Shown: positions 13,136-13,254 of the stretch, piece by piece
How positions within the stretch are numbered: the stretch's first letter is position 1
Layout of the letters: the number at the start of each line of letters is the position of its first letter
Virus genome (UHGV): UHGV-0215671
DNA from: a virus
Strand: one strand, 5' to 3'
Length of the DNA stretch: 13,254 nucleotides
Program-made: the position numbers and the translations under genes
Notes under the pieces: generated by a model
Seen by the model: only the letters and a program-made list of their open reading frames with translations
Told to the model about the DNA's origin: nothing
Database searches by the model: none

Positions 13136-13254
13136 AAGAGGCATACCAATGAAAAACAGAACAAACAAAGGCCAGTTTAAAAAAGGCCAGTCTGGAAACC
13201 CATCTGGAAGACCAAAAGGCTCTCGTAACAAAAGCTCACTTGTAAAAGCTCAAC
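13136..13254. repeat. Right arm of the perfect inverted repeat, truncated by the window end
   Basis: See left arm; identity reaches the last base of the window, so true length is unknown. Confidence 0.85.
13149..13254 (+). CDS. Partial paralog of the 12353-12724 gene (first 35 codons), runs off the window
   Basis: ATG at 13149 preceded by AAGAGG; nucleotides 13149-13254 are the exact reverse complement of 12619-12724 and encode MKNRTNKGQFKKGQSGNPSGRPKGSRNKSSLVKAQ. Confidence 0.5.
   Translation, partial: MKNRTNKGQFKKGQSGNPSGRPKGSRNKSSLVKAQ

Overview
Phage-like window in which every credible gene lies on the minus strand. (1) Positions 1-5434: a head-assembly/packaging module (prohead protease with scaffold-like tail, two small coupled ORFs, portal, large terminase, small acidic ORF). 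(2) Positions 5657-10700: a ~5 kb tRNA array of 27 tRNA or tRNA-like genes whose hand-read anticodons cover all 20 amino acids, interrupted by two protein genes and by spacers carrying promoter-like sites, terminators, one 87-nt structured element, one 19-bp inverted-repeat element and a family of repeated hairpin units. (3) Positions 10856-12271: a 471-aa protein whose C-terminal half looks like the vWA domain of Ro60/Rsr; together with the neighbouring non-canonical tRNA-like elements this suggests a phage Ro60/Y-RNA-like module, the most interesting candidate here. (4) Positions 12353-13254: a small gene with an N-terminal GNPxGRPKG motif whose RBS and first 35 codons are duplicated perfectly in inverted orientation at the window edge. 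All tRNA boundaries and anticodons were folded by eye and need tRNAscan-SE/ARAGORN confirmation; protein calls rest on recalled motifs and gene order, not on searches.
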